NCBI RefSeq assembly: GCF_006345805.1 | Contig: NC_043011.1 | Span: 55,750,464 to 55,814,463 of the forward strand | DNA: 64,000 nucleotides | Origin: Octopus sinensis | Taxonomy: Eukaryota | Direction: 5' to 3' | Shown here: in pieces, positions 23,586-37,044 of the stretch | Layout: each line of letters opens with the position of its first letter | How positions within the stretch are numbered: position 1 is the stretch's first letter | Program-made: the position numbers and the translations under genes | Notes under the pieces: generated by a model | Database searches by the model: none | Seen by the model: only the letters and a program-made list of their open reading frames with translations | Told to the model about the DNA's origin: nothing

Positions 23586-24795
23586 CAAGAAAATATTATT
23601 TATATTAAGAATGGGAAATTGTGGGAAAGGTGCCCTATGTTTATTTAGGAATCAAAGAAAGATTTCTTTAAAGGTCTTTTTTCTATTACCATAAATAGTT
23701 TTTATTATTTTAAGCAATAAAATATTGATATATTTACCTGAAAGCAAAGAAAATACAATATTTACATAAAATAAAACATTTTAAAATGATCAGCAATTTT
23801 CTCTGATCAATTTAATAACATTTGTCCATTTACAAGGACAGCTGTCATTTTCAAATAAATAAATAAGGGGACACACACACACACACGAATTAGCTGTATA
23901 AAATAAAAAAAAAAGGTAATATTATTTATTTCCTAAAGCTGGTGAGAGACTTAATAAAATGAAACGAGAACATAACATTAAATGTGTATATATTTGTGTG
24001 TGTGTTTGAGTGAGTGTATGTAAGTGCATACATATGTGTGTGTGTGTAGATAGACAGAAATATTGTTATGATACCATGACAACCATTGTCTTTTTTTTAC
24101 CCAAAAGGGTTTTCCAGCCCAATATTTACATTCTTTTATTTATAGCTTTATATGTACTTAGAGAACCAATTCCAAAAATTATATGTATATATACATACAC
24201 ACACATGCATATATACATACATGTACATATACACACAGATATTGTAATAGATTGAAAGCTTTAAAAAATAATTCTTTTAAATCATTCCACCAATTTGTAG
24301 TGGAGAGAAATATGGCCACACTCACACACAGCCTCTACTCTCTTTCTCTCTCCCATACACTTTACATGGTTGTATATTAAAATTCAAAGAGGCCAACAGT
24401 TTTGCTTGAAAACACATTTTCACACTTACGCTAAAATATGATTATCAATTCCAGTTTTTGCAGAATATTTTCCCCCTCTCTAATGCATTAACTGTGGATT
24501 TTCAGTTACAAAAGCAGTTTGATTTTGATCCTAAAAGCTGTTAGATAGGAAGGTATAAATGTTTAATGAGAAGTTTGTCCACAATACGGTTTATAGTATT
24601 ATAACGAAGGGTAAAACAAAAAAGCAAGTGTTTGTAGTTTTGTGAAACATTGAAGCCATGCTGTTGACATTTTAGCTTTGGCCATTGTTTTTAACAAATG
24701 TAATTGTTTTATATTTAAAACAGAATGAGTTGTACCTAAATGAAAAATATCAAAAACAATGGGCTCATAATGGGAAATGTGTCAAATATATATTA

Positions 24796-25176
24796 CTAGC
24801 AGTATCGCCCGGCGTTGCTCGGGCTTGTAAGGGAAATAACTATATAAGCATTTTTAGAGAATTATAGCCAAAAACTGGCAAAAAAATGCATTAAAAATGG
24901 AAAAAAAATGATGGTAAATTTTTTTTTAAATCGTTGACTCATCGTAGACATTTTTATATAATAGCGAAAAAATGCATTAAAATGGAAAAAAAATGATGGT
25001 AAATTTTTTTAAAATCATAGACTCATCGTAGACGCGCGCTAATACCCAGAAGGGCTAGATATGAATCACGACTATAAGATACCCGGTTTTGGTTAAACTG
25101 CACCGCAAAATGTGGGAGTAGTTAGGAATCTAAATCGTAGGAGACAGACACACAACCTCTCTTTTATATATAAAGA
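24796..25176 (-). mobile_element. Non-autonomous Helitron (381 bp)
   Basis: Minus strand starts TC (25176-25175) after A and ends CTAG (24799-24796) before T; subterminal hairpin GCCCG-agcaacgc-CGGGC; no TSD. Confidence 0.85.
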
Positions 25177-26284
25177 TGTATGGTGTTTTAAAATACTCAA
25201 TAATCAGAGCCACTTCTGAACAAAGCTCATTAAGCATTTCCAACATATATCTTGCATTATGTCTAACATCAAATTTTTTTAAATTTCCATTAAACCAAAG
25301 ACAAATATTTTGCAAAAATGTAACATTTTATGTATTTATGACTTATTATTAGCAAAAAAAAAAACTACACTTCGTCCCCTTGCATCATAGTTTATGCCCC
25401 TCTCTCTCTCTCTCTCTCTTATTATTGGCAAATATCTTAATTACACTTTTATCAGCCGTTATATATTATGTTGATTGGTTTATATTAATGAAAGTTTATG
25501 TAAGCTACTTACAGAAATATCTTGTATAATGTCTGCTATCCACCAAATATATCGATTCTTGGCAATATCAAAACACAAGTGTTCTATTTCCATAAAGGCA
25601 ATGGCCATACAATATTCATCTCCTCACAAATACTTGTTTGGTCTCTGAATAACAGCTTCCAGACCATCACACTTTCCAAATAGTTTACAAAAGCATTAAA
25701 ATAACTGCAGATCTCTAATCTTTCGCTGCCCCCAAAAATCATTTTCACAACAATTATACACAAAACTGCAAAACTTGAAATGAGATATTTTTTTGTTTAA
25801 ATCACCACAATAGATGCTAATCTGATGCTCATATCATCTCCGTTAAATATATATTTCAGTGTAACACTTCCCCCACCCCACCCTCATTATCACTTCCTTT
25901 CTGCATCTTCTCTCTACTGTGTTGGTCTCCATCATTAACACCTCCCTTATTTGCTATCACCTGCAATGCCCTCACATATCCACCACAACTCCTGTCCCCT
26001 TCCCCCAAGCCTCTACTATAGTTCTATCCACCATTTGTTAGCCACCTCTTTCCTACCCATTCACCCAGTCCAAACCTCTCTCTCACTCCCCAATGCCCTT
26101 CAAGGGCTTGTCCCTGACACATCTTTGCCAGCATCCTTACCACTATTGCTCCCCTGCTGACTCTACAGCAAGGCCTTCATCTCTGTCCCTTCTAAACCTT
26201 TAATCTCTCAACTGGCACAAAGCCACACTTCCTAAATACTACTCCCTTCTCCCCCAATCGAAGGGTTTTTGTCTTGCATGGTAC

Positions 26285-26453
26285 TTGGGGACTCTGTTGG
26301 TGCTGGTGCCATATAAAAAGCACCCAGTACACTCTGTGAAGTGGTTGGCATTAAGAAAGGACAACCAACTCTAGAAGACCAGCTCCAGTCAAACTGTCCA
26401 ACCCATGACAGCATGGAAAACAGACGTCAAATGGTGATGATGATGATGATGAT
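26285..26453 (+). mobile_element. RTE 3'UTR repeat, degenerate
   Basis: aaaaagcacccagtacactctgtgaagtggttggc...(GAT)n. Confidence 0.75.
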
Positions 26454-26977
26454 TACTTAACCTTCTCTTCTTTAGTCCAGAAGGATTCCTATACGTCTTT
26501 CCTGTTGCTCTTCTTTCTCATATCAAAATATCATTCCATATACAGATGCTTTAAATGTTACAATAAATGCCTTACCCACCACCATTCCACAAACCTCTGA
26601 CCCACAGCTGAGCTATGTTATTCTAGAAACAGATAGCTTAAATGCTATTCTATTGTGATGCTGGTGCATGGAAACAGCCATTTTGCCAACCCAATACAAT
26701 CGAATTGACAGACACCACAGAGTAAAATATATATTATTGCTTTATTGTAATAAAGTGCTTTATGCATAATTTTAGCGGTTGCTGGCCTTTCATCAAACTG
26801 CTATAGTTCAAACCATTCTATGACAATAGCAGAGCTTCAGACTGGATAATATCCAATGAAATTACTGCCACACACTATGACAAAGCTAATGACAAAGTCA
26901 ATTAAGCAAAAATAGACATTAATTAATAGATGGAAACTGTTTTGAGAATGTTTACAGAAGAAGAGCCATTTTGGCAG

Positions 26978-27017
26978 CTTCGTAGAGAGACCCTTCGTAG
27001 AGAGACCCTTCGTAGAG
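26978..27017. repeat. Tandem repeat, 2.7 x 15 bp (cttcgtagagagacc)
   Basis: Seen directly. Confidence 0.95.
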
Positions 27018-30000
27018 TGGGGTAGAAAGATAAGTGAGGGAGGTTAATTTGTTTAATTTACACTGACAGCAACAAGGTGCTTCTGAGAAAAGAGTCTAGT
27101 AAGACATCCGAGAGTAAAACACAAGTGATACAAGTACTTTTTGTTTAGGTGTTGTTGTGTATAGTCAACATGTTCAAAGAAGCCGTGATTATTGGAGAGG
27201 CAACGGAAGAAACTCTATTTTCCCTGTTATATCTGTCTATATTCTATTGCAATGGGTAGACAAAATGGCTGTTTTCAGAAGCCACCATAATGGAATAACA
27301 TTTAAGGCATCTAGCTCAGTTGTAGGTCAATGGTTGTAGAATATTGAAGATTTTATAGTGAGGCCTATTTACACTTTGTATAAAGTTGATAGGTGCTCAG
27401 CTTAATAAATACTTATACCATATCCAATGTCTCTGGTTGTAAACTTAACCTGTTTCATTTGGTGCCTTGGATGGCTTTTGCAGAGGAGTCCACTCTTACT
27501 GCAATCCGTCAGGTTACGTCTCTAATTAGAAATTAACCAAGCATTCAGATATTTTGCTTTGTACAATTGTAACCCATAATTCATGGTTTTGCAGAGTCTC
27601 CAGTATCCGATGCTATTGTTCTCCATTTGGCCAAAACATGAGCAAAACAGAAGAATCCAAGATTCCCATTTCTATTATCTAAATTTAATGCAATTGGACA
27701 CTTCCTTCTTTTCTACTGCAATCTAATTTTGTTAAGTAATAATTAGTTTATTGTATTTTACAATCAGTTCTCAGAGGTATCCAACAAACTGCAGCTCACC
27801 TAATGATTTAATATTTTTCTATAGCTAAGCATTATTTTCCCCTCTGTTCCTCACATTTTATTTTTCTTCTTTCTCTCATGCATTTTCAATTTGTTATCTC
27901 TTTCATTCACCTCTCACAGTCATTTTCATTTAATGATCTTTGTCTTTTCTTAATTCTTTAAGAACATTAATTGAAATTTAAATATACCAGGGTTAAATGT
28001 CACAGGTTAACAAACATTTATTGAGAAGACAGAGGGAAATGCTAGAAAGCAAAATTTCAAGAGTCTTTTAGAGTTACAGATTCATCCCTGCTCCTCTCCT
28101 GCTCCATTTAAAACAACTATAACACCTTAATATTAAAACACCAAAAAGCTTTCAAAGTAAACACCTGTTTAAATAAATGCTTTTAATATCAAGAAAGAGG
28201 AAACAATCATCATTTAGCCTGTAATGTTAGCTTTTAGATGAGAGCTAACATCAGTGGGGTACACGATAATTATTTTATGTCACTTGGTATTAAAACACTT
28301 ATTTATATAAATATATTTGTATGTCTCATTAATTAGCAGATGGGAATAAAGCATGCTTATAGCCTTTGCAACAAACACATTGTCAGGAAAATAGGAAAAC
28401 TGCCAATAAATATTTATTTTTCCCAGAAGACATTCCTGTTTTAGGTGATTAACCTCCTCGTCCACCAATTATATAATTCTAAAACACACTGTGTTGTTGC
28501 CTTAGTAACTTTTATTCTTCACTGTTTTGATTCCTAACAGCAAACACACTGAGACAGCAGCATAACACAAGCTCACTTGATTAAATGTATTGATTTAGCA
28601 AGTTTTTTTGTTTTTTCCTTCTTTTGTATAAATAGTACACTTATCCATAACTCAGATAATTCACTCAGCCCTAGATTAGATACCGACCCAAACACAATTC
28701 CTCCTACACAATATGAAAAACAAGATGGAAGAAAAAACATCTTTAAAACACAAGTTCCTATCTTAATGTGTTTCATCCGACTTACAGAGAGTTTTTTTTT
28801 TTAACTTAATGATCAGTAAAAATAGAAGATTTCTTTCATCTATAAAATATAGGAACACACGAGATCATATATTTATTCAAACATTTGTCAATTTAGTTTA
28901 ATGGAACTCATCTTAAATTTATTATTCAACTTAGTGCAAGATATGACACAGATATATAACAGGTAGAGAAGGATCGATTTCCAATATCCTAACTATGAAT
29001 TATTAATACAAGTCAAATTCTTATGGCTTGCTTCTAAAGATCTAAATATAGAGACATCTCTTGTTTATTTCACTGAATACTTATTTAAGGATTTGTATTC
29101 TCAGCAGTGGCCAGTGGATGGAGTGTGAGTGAGAGAGAAAAGAAAAGGAGAGGAGAGACAAAGGAAAGTGTATTTAAGTTAGAAACCAGGAACCATTTGT
29201 AGCAGATAAGAATGACAGCAAGAAAATTAATTAACTGTATAGCCATATTAGCAGAGTCAAACTGGGAAAGACTGGTTGTGCTTTGTACCACATTGCCAAT
29301 AACAACAGTTATTAATTCCTTTCAAGTCCTTAACAGCTTTAGTTAAACCTTGCTGGGTTAAAATTAAGTTTTTATTTCTTTCTTCCTTCCTTTTTTGTTA
29401 TTTTTTAAATGTAGTCATTTTGAGTAGTGTCAACTATTTCAACCAACCAAATATAGAAAATGATTGAAGAAAATATTGACTTTACTCTCAGGCCCTGTTG
29501 CATCAGTCCTCTTTGATTGAATAGATTCCTGCTATGAAAATAATAATCAATGAGACCCAGATCATGGCCTTATTGGATGTTCCCGCTTTGCTGCGATTGA
29601 TTATGAGAGCTGTAATGATACAGTCAAAACAGCTTGTATCATTGTTTAAAGATATTGGGATCTCATCAACTTCTTAACAAACCCTTAATTCAGTTGGTTT
29701 CCCTTCTCCCCATATCAATTCTGTGGTGCCTAATAACCAAAACATACTCATAAGTACTTGGTACAATTTTCCTTCCCCAGAAGTTCATCTTTTGAGAATT
29801 ATCAAGCAGCCTTACTCTTCCATCCAATAATCTGTAGCATTATTATACACGGATTGGATTAAACCACACGTTCTAACTCACTCTCCTGATCCTAGACTAA
29901 TGGAAAGAACCTCTTTACAGTTACGAGTCCTACTAGAAATAGCAGCAAAATGTCCCTTGATTCACATTCTACCATCCTAAATAACGAAAGATATGCTGGA

Positions 30001-31214
30001 AAATGTAATCCTGTAATATTGAAAGGCAGGATGGTCATATATAGAAGACCTACATTGTCAGATTTGACAACAACAACAACAACAACAACTGATTCTCCAT
30101 ATAATCAAATGACATTTGTTTCCAAACAAATAAAAAACTTCCTACACAATAATATTCATCTCTCCTCCTCTGCTTATTGACTTGAAACATTGTCAGTTAT
30201 GGTTCATTGGTTTTTGCTTTTGTTTTCTCCATAAATTACAAATAGTTTTAGTGCTTTTAAGATAATTAATTCACAAGTGAAGAAGATCAAATGATGCCAA
30301 CGGTGATAGTCTTTCAGAATTCACAAGAGATAAATCAACAACTACAAAGTGGAAATTTTTATAAATAAAAAATAGTTTTGGACTGATTAAGAATTACCAG
30401 AAATATTCAGGTATAATATATATTTTTTTCAAGGTCCTTTTTTTAAAAAACCTAAAAATTTGGAGTGTACATCAGTTTACAGTTGCTTTCTATGCTGGCC
30501 CAAACCATGTCTTGTTTCAATGTCCCAGTTTTGGTATGGTTCCTATGGTTGGATGTCTTTTCTAACACCAACCAATTTACAGAAAACTAAAGTGTCTTCT
30601 TAATCCTGCATCATCTCAGTTCAATGATTAATGTATTTTTCTATGATGTTGATATTATCGAATATGCTCATTGATAACTTATAATTGCTTTATTCAAAGA
30701 GCATAAAAACTGGCAGCTTGTCCGCTGAGCATTGATCTGGGTTTGGAATGTGCACCAGGCACACATATCCCCACCAGCAAACGACAATCAGTAGATAGGG
30801 TGAGTTAATCATGTCACAATATAGTCTGTATGGATATTGGCATTTATAGCAATTATATCTATATAGATTTCTGAAGGAGAATATGGTTTTGTTATGAAGG
30901 GTTTAGGTTAGGATCTCTCTGAAATTTTAAAGGATGTGTTGGCAGAAGTGTTGAAGAATTAACTGTTTTTCTGATGAGAAAAACAACTAAAAACTAAATC
31001 CCAAGCACTAAAGATTCAAGTTATGTGGTTGGTTTTTAATTGCGTGTTCCTGAGTATGTTTTATAACGACATGCAGATTGTGGTGTTGGATGAGAATTTT
31101 GAGGATTGGGAAAATGAAAGAGAGAGAGAGAGAGAGACTGGTGGAAGCATGAGCATCCAAGAAAATACAGGAAACAAAACACATTGAATTATCTCCACAT
31201 ATGGGAAAGTATTG

Positions 31215-31679
31215 AATTTATGCATGTGTTTGTGGCCAAAGCCAATACTGCCTGCCTAAGGCACCATTTGAGTGTGGTCGATGCCAGTGCCACCTGACTG
31301 GCTCCTGTGCTGGTGGCACAAAAAATGCACCACATGAATTTGGTTGATGCCAGGGCCACCTGACTGGCTCCTGTGCTGGTGGCACAAAAAATGCACCACA
31401 TGAATTTGGTTGATGCCAGTTACACCTAACTGGTCCTATGCTGGCGGCACATAAAAAGCAGCATTCAAGCATGGTCATTGCCAGTGCCGCCTGACTAGCC
31501 CTTGTGCCAGTGGAATGTAAAAAGCACCCACTATATTCTGAGAGTGGTTGGCGTTAAGAAAGGCACCCAGCTGTAGAAACCATGCCAGATCAGACTGGAC
31601 CCTGGTGAAGCCTTCTGCTGTCAAACCGTCCAATCCATGCCAGTATGGAAAGCGGACGTTAAATGATGATGATGATGAT
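31215..31679 (+). mobile_element. RTE 3'UTR repeat with ~5 tandem 66-bp units
   Basis: atgccag starts at 31281, 31347 and 31413; consensus tail follows. Confidence 0.88.
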
Positions 31680-31904
31680 AATGTTGTATGTGTGTGCGTG
31701 TGTATTGGATTGTATTCTTTATGTTCAGTCTACTGCAGGAAAAAGGCCTCAACATGTTCTCTCCACCTACTATGGTCTGACATGGAGACTGAATTTGAAC
31801 TTGAGATTATACTGGTTTGATAAGCCTACTCAGCCACACTGGCTCAACACACACACACATAGAGAGAGAGGGGAGTCATGACCTATAGCTGACTAATCGT
31901 AAAG

Positions 31905-32130
31905 GAAACTAGGTGTAGAAGACGAATGGCCTGTGAAACTGGTGCAGGCCATGGACAGAGATGAAGTCAGCAAAGTGAGAGCTGGCAGTGAGTTCAATGA
32001 GGAATTCAGTGCACTGCTGGGTGTTCATGAAGGCTCAGTTCTCTTCTCCACTGTAGTTCTGTAAGCTATAGCAGAAATTTAAGACTGGCTGCCTATGGGG
32101 ACTCCTTGGTGCTGTGATGAGAGAACTTAG
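31905..32130 (+). mobile_element. RTE LINE reverse-transcriptase fragment
   Basis: KLGVEDEWPVKLVQAMDRDEVSKVRAGSEFNEEF...GVHEGSVL resembles the RT motif GVxQGSVLSP. Confidence 0.82.
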
Positions 32131-32368
32131 AACTGTGAGGCCAGAGTAAACTTGGTTGCCGTTAATGTGCATTATTATGCAGGGATGAATGTTGGTGATC
32201 AATATCAATTCGAAATATCAGTAGACAAGTCAAACGTAATAAGTAGCTGGTTTGTGTGAAAGATTCATTAATATTTCAAAACGAAACTGAAATAATTTAT
32301 TTTAGGATCTACTTTGAATAGCTGAATGAAGATTAAAGAGTTGAAAAGGTGATGAGAATAATACTTAC

Positions 32369-32476
32369 GTCTGCAGTTTCTGCTAATGGATGGTCAACAC
32401 ACTGCTGTAGCTTGGACGATGAAGCATTCTTGTGTTGTACTTGATGAAGCCCTTCAGCTCGAACCTTGTTGTCCGA
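32369..32476 (-). CDS. PRUNE2: BNIP2/ATCAY/PRUNE2-like gene, most upstream exon found (phase 0-0): SDNKVRAEGLHQVQHKNASSSKLQQCVDHPLAETAD
   Basis: Acceptor TCTTTTCTGTTTCTAG, donor GTAAGT, 108 bp open in phase 0, matches the phase of the next exon. No family motif, so linkage to the gene is inferred. Confidence 0.65.
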
Positions 32477-33544
32477 CTAGAAACAGAAAAGACAACCATC
32501 AGTGCCACAGGTTCTAAACAAGAGACGGGCATTTAAAAAAAGAAATTAGTTTGAAGGTTATGAAGATTTTTTTTTTCTTTTGAAGACAATGATTTCTAAT
32601 AATTTTGTTAGAAATCAATTAATGATTTTGATCATATTATTGATAGGAAATTTTGGTTATAATAAAGAATGGAATATTGTCAATTGTTTTTGATAATGCC
32701 AAGGGTTGTATCTAAGTAATATGCTGATTAGAGATGACTTGATTATACAAAACGATTGCAACATGGTGCAACTATGACAGATACTGTTAATGGCAAAATA
32801 CAGTATTTGTGTACAAACACTATTATTTCCTAATTTGTGGCTGTTATCTATTCGCTGATATTTTCAATGGAGGCTTATCCATTTAAAATGTTTATATTGG
32901 AGATGGTTGATAATATGTTAAAATAGCAAGACAAAAACAATGCCATCAATATACGAAACAGAATATCTTCTGGATAACATCCATCCAAAGGTTGAAATAG
33001 AATTCTTTGAATTAGACAAACAGAAATTCATAATTGCAAGTCTAAAAATCATCTTTGATTAGTTTATTCATCAATGAGTGTGTTGGATTTTCCTTGGACA
33101 TGGCATGAAAAATCACCAATGTCTCAAAGGAGTGAGTGTCGTGGAGTTTAGTTACATCCCACAAACACTGAAGTTTTTCCCAAAATCCAGGGTTTTTATA
33201 ACTGCTCAACTTGACTTTAAAGAATCGAAATTACATACAAATATTCTTTAACTAATTCTTAGAATTCCTATATGAGCAGTTATATTAACCGATGGAAAAA
33301 CGACAATAATATTTCTTTGGCAATACGACATTACGTCATATTGCCAGCTACCACAAATTGGCGCGCATATTTAAAAATGGCTACTTGCTACAAGTGTAAT
33401 GTCAGGTACAAGAAATAGTTGTGAATAAGCCTGGATGAATAGGTCAGAGTGGATTCATTCACTGAAACAGTTTGTGCTTGAAGGGGTCAGGCTTTTATTC
33501 TACTTATTTAGGGTAGCAGTTAGCCCACAACTGTATTTGGTGTT

Positions 33545-33980
33545 ATAATCCTTTTTTCTATAAAACACAAGACCTGAACTTTGGGTGGTTTTTTAGTTGG
33601 GGGGTGCAAGTTGATTACATCAACCCAGTACTTATTGACCCTGAAAGGGTGATAGGCAAAGTTGACTTTGGTGAGATTTGAACTCAGAACGTAAAGAATT
33701 GGAAGAAATGCTATAAAGCACCTTGTCTGACACACTAGGGAGTCTGCTGCCTAAATACTACTGCTAATAATGGTTTCAAATTTTGGCAAAAGGCCGGCAA
33801 GTTCAGGGGAGAGGGGTAAGTCAATTACATCAACCTTAGTATTTAACTGGTACTTATTTTATCAACCCTGAAAAGTCAAAGGCAAAGTGAACCTTGCTGG
33901 AATTTGAACTCACAACATAAAAATGGATGAAATGCTGCCAAGCATTTTGCCTGCTGCGATAACAATTCTGCCAGCTCACC
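33545..33980 (-). mobile_element. Two adjacent degenerate family C SINEs
   Basis: Two copies of the ccctgaaagg...gaactca...aaatgct body. Confidence 0.7.
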
Positions 33981-33994
33981 ACCTTAACACGGCT

Positions 33995-34445
33995 AACAAT
34001 AATAAGCTGATTGTACAGTGCTCAGGTGCACCATGGCTCAGTGGCAAAGGGTAAAAGAAGGGACAGAAAAACAACAGCAATTGAAGTAAAGAAAGACAGC
34101 AATGGCCCCCTCCTAAAAGTATAGAGACAAGATAAAAGAGAAGACAGAAAAATAAGAAAGAAGTGAACAGTAAAAAAAGGCCATAAACGTAAATGGGAGA
34201 AGCGGCTGCATGTATGCAAGATTGGTGTAGAGTTGGTGAGCTTCTGGAAGAATGGAAATTTTTGAAGGCTACTGAGTCCCGACAGCTAACAAGCAACACA
34301 GGTAGTTTATTCCATGCTTCAAAAATTTTGAATGTGGAAAACTGTTTCTCAAAATCATGGGTGCTGCACGGTTTTTTTGATTTTATGAAGATAAGATGGC
34401 TACACTACTATATGAATAATGTATTCTGCATAGTTGGAAAAACTA
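33995..34445 (-). mobile_element. CR1 3' fragment, older subfamily
   Basis: gtacagtgctcaggtgcacca terminus; ttccatgcttca...tgtggaaaactgtttc segment homologous to the other CR1 copies. Confidence 0.65.
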
Positions 34446-35049
34446 GTTAACTACAGTGCTTTTTTTTTTGTTTTTATTAAACATTATATATTGTTGAAAA
34501 TCAGTTGTATGGTTGGTAAAAATATAACAAAAGCAGTAAAATAGTTTGCAATAATTATAGCAGAAAAAAAGTTTATATTTAGAAATTTCAATTTTAAGTC
34601 CCCAACATAAAGTAAATCTATTTTGTTCATTGAGGAATGAAATCCATGTTGACTGGTGCAAGAAGTAGAAAGAAAAAAAAACTGGATGCATGCTTCTCTA
34701 GTAGAATGGCTTTCAATCATCAAGCTATTACTGCCCTACAGCTTTCTTTGATATTTTATTGTAGATATTTAATCACAAGATACTAGCTTTTCAATGTAGT
34801 AATACAGCTACCATTCAGTACAAAGTACCAATCTAAGGAATTTAAGTCTTGAAAGAAACAGATTAGATTTTCATAGACAAAATATAAATAGTGAAATTTA
34901 ACTATTTCTGAGGATGCTGCTGCTTCTTTACCTGATGCACTCAAATCAGCCAGAATAAAGATAATGCAACGTATCTGGTTGGGATACGAAATACTATTCA
35001 TAAACTAATTAACTCTGTATTTATAAAATAATAATGATGATGATGATGA

Positions 35050-35470
35050 TGATCCTTTCTGCTCTAGGCACAAGGCCTAAAATTTGGGGGGAGGGTTCAA
35101 GTTGGTTTAGTGCTTGACTGGTAATTATTTTATCAAACCTATTTCTTTACTACCCACAAGGGGGCTAAACACAGAGAAGACAAACAAGGATAGACAAACA
35201 GATTAAGTCGACTACATCGACCTCAGTGCATAACTGGTACTTAATTTATCGACCCCGAAAGGATGAAAGGCAAAGTTGACCTTGGCGGAATTTGAACTCA
35301 GAACGTAACAGCAGATGAAATACGGCTAGGCATTTCGCCCGACGTGCTAACGTTTCTGCCAGCTCGCCGAACCTGAAAGGATGAAAGGCAGAGTCGACCT
35401 TAGCAGAATCTGAACTCAGAACATAACAAGCTGGAAGAAATGCGAGAAAGCATTTTATCGGACATGCTAA
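35050..35470 (-). mobile_element. Young family C SINE (35141-35369) nested in an older family C SINE
   Basis: Host split at ttatca-aacct | aacct-gaaaggatg; inner copy near-identical to 7106-7339. Confidence 0.8.
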
Positions 35471-37044
35471 TGATAACCACTCTTGTGCTGCTTTTGGCTT
35501 GTTACAGCCACAGAATAGCATCTCTCTGGCCATTTATTATCACCAAACAATTAACATACCTCATAAAACTTATTCTACAAAAAAAAATTCCATTATTTTT
35601 TTTAAATACACTAAAATGGTAAAATAAAAAATTGAATTCACAGGAACTATTTAACATTAAGAAAATCATCTTACCTTTTCAAATGAATGTTAAAAATAAT
35701 GATTTGAGTTGTAATAGGTGAGGTTTGTGTTAACTCTAATCTGGAGTAATCTCAAAATAACCACTTAACAAACAAATTGATATCAAGTAACTTATTAAAA
35801 TACTATTGAAAATATGAAACTTATGTTGCAGTTACTACATGGAATCCAACAACAGGAAGCTGTGTGCATTTTGGATAATTGAGAAGATTTGTTTGTTTGT
35901 TGGTTGTTTTTTTCTTTCTTTTTTTCTTCTTTTAAAGGAAATATTGAGTGAAACAGCAGCCGGAAACGACTGTGAGATTTCCAGTCAGTGTAAAGTAAAT
36001 GAAAATAGAATTTTGTTCTTTAAAATTTATGCTGAAATCTATAAAATAACTTTAATATGTAGTGAAGATAAATAACAATTTATCTATAAATTTACTTCCT
36101 TAACATCAAAGATATAGAAATGTCTAATTCTGGCAGGAAATTATGATTTTAAAAAGAGAAATCTTTGAAAGCCATTTAGTGATTTTTAGTTCGCAAGTCA
36201 AAAGTTTCCTCAATGAAGCAGATGTCGAGGCAGTAGTTCACGCAGAAACTGTGGATTTCATACGAAATGTTAATCTAGATCAATCTTTCGACTTATCAGA
36301 CAGGAAGCTGTTAATAATCCCTCTCTTCCCTTTGCAAAATCCCAACAAAGATAAAAGCCTACAAACTATAGTTAGGCTATTAAATGGGTGAAATTCAATG
36401 AGTGTCACTTAAAGAGAAATCAAACATCAAGGATGTGCTTTGCCCCTCAGAAAAACAGTAGCAAGTACTTACAGAGAGGCTTCAGTGTCCGCTAATGTAG
36501 AAATAGTGAAACGCTGATATGATTATCGTCGACCGGATTATCACAAATAGGTTATTCATTTAACAAAATAGTAAATCATCTCCACAAGGGGGGGGGAGAG
36601 GCAGACAGAGAGAGGCTTCTGAAAAGCGAGTTACTGTTTCATTTATCTCCTGCAATTAGTTTTCTGGCTTCCAGTATGAAATTAAGAGTGTGTCTGTAAG
36701 TACGGCCTCTGTAGGTGTGGAAGACATGGATGTTTATGCATAAGATACTGCTGTAGAAAATCCTATTATAGAAAATCTCTCTCTAAACACATCTAAACAA
36801 GAGAGCCTCTGTGCTACCACTGATTTACTAGAGATAGCAGCCAGATAGCCCTACTGTCTTAGAGATCTAAAAGATACATGAGATGATGGAGTCCAGGATA
36901 CACAATGTCTGAATAAAAGACAAAAACAAAGATGGAATAATAATCGGTGGAAGGCTTTCGGCTGTCTCTTCTATGAAGTCTCTTGTGAAAGAACTGACCA
37001 ACAAGATATCAAAACAGGATCAGACATAACACCCGCTATAGTTT

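Noticed and set aside
26576-26622. 47-nt minus-strand exon candidate (TTTCTAG / GTAAGG)
   Set aside because: It breaks the frame between two phase-0 exons, and phase 1 gives an immediate stop.
31215-31530. CRISPR-like or attC-like array of hairpin repeats
   Set aside because: No unique spacers and no cas or integrase genes; the units sit inside the 3'UTR of a dispersed eukaryotic RTE repeat.
36143-36391. 82-aa plus-strand ORF
   Set aside because: No recognisable domain or splice context, and it is antisense to the only supported gene.
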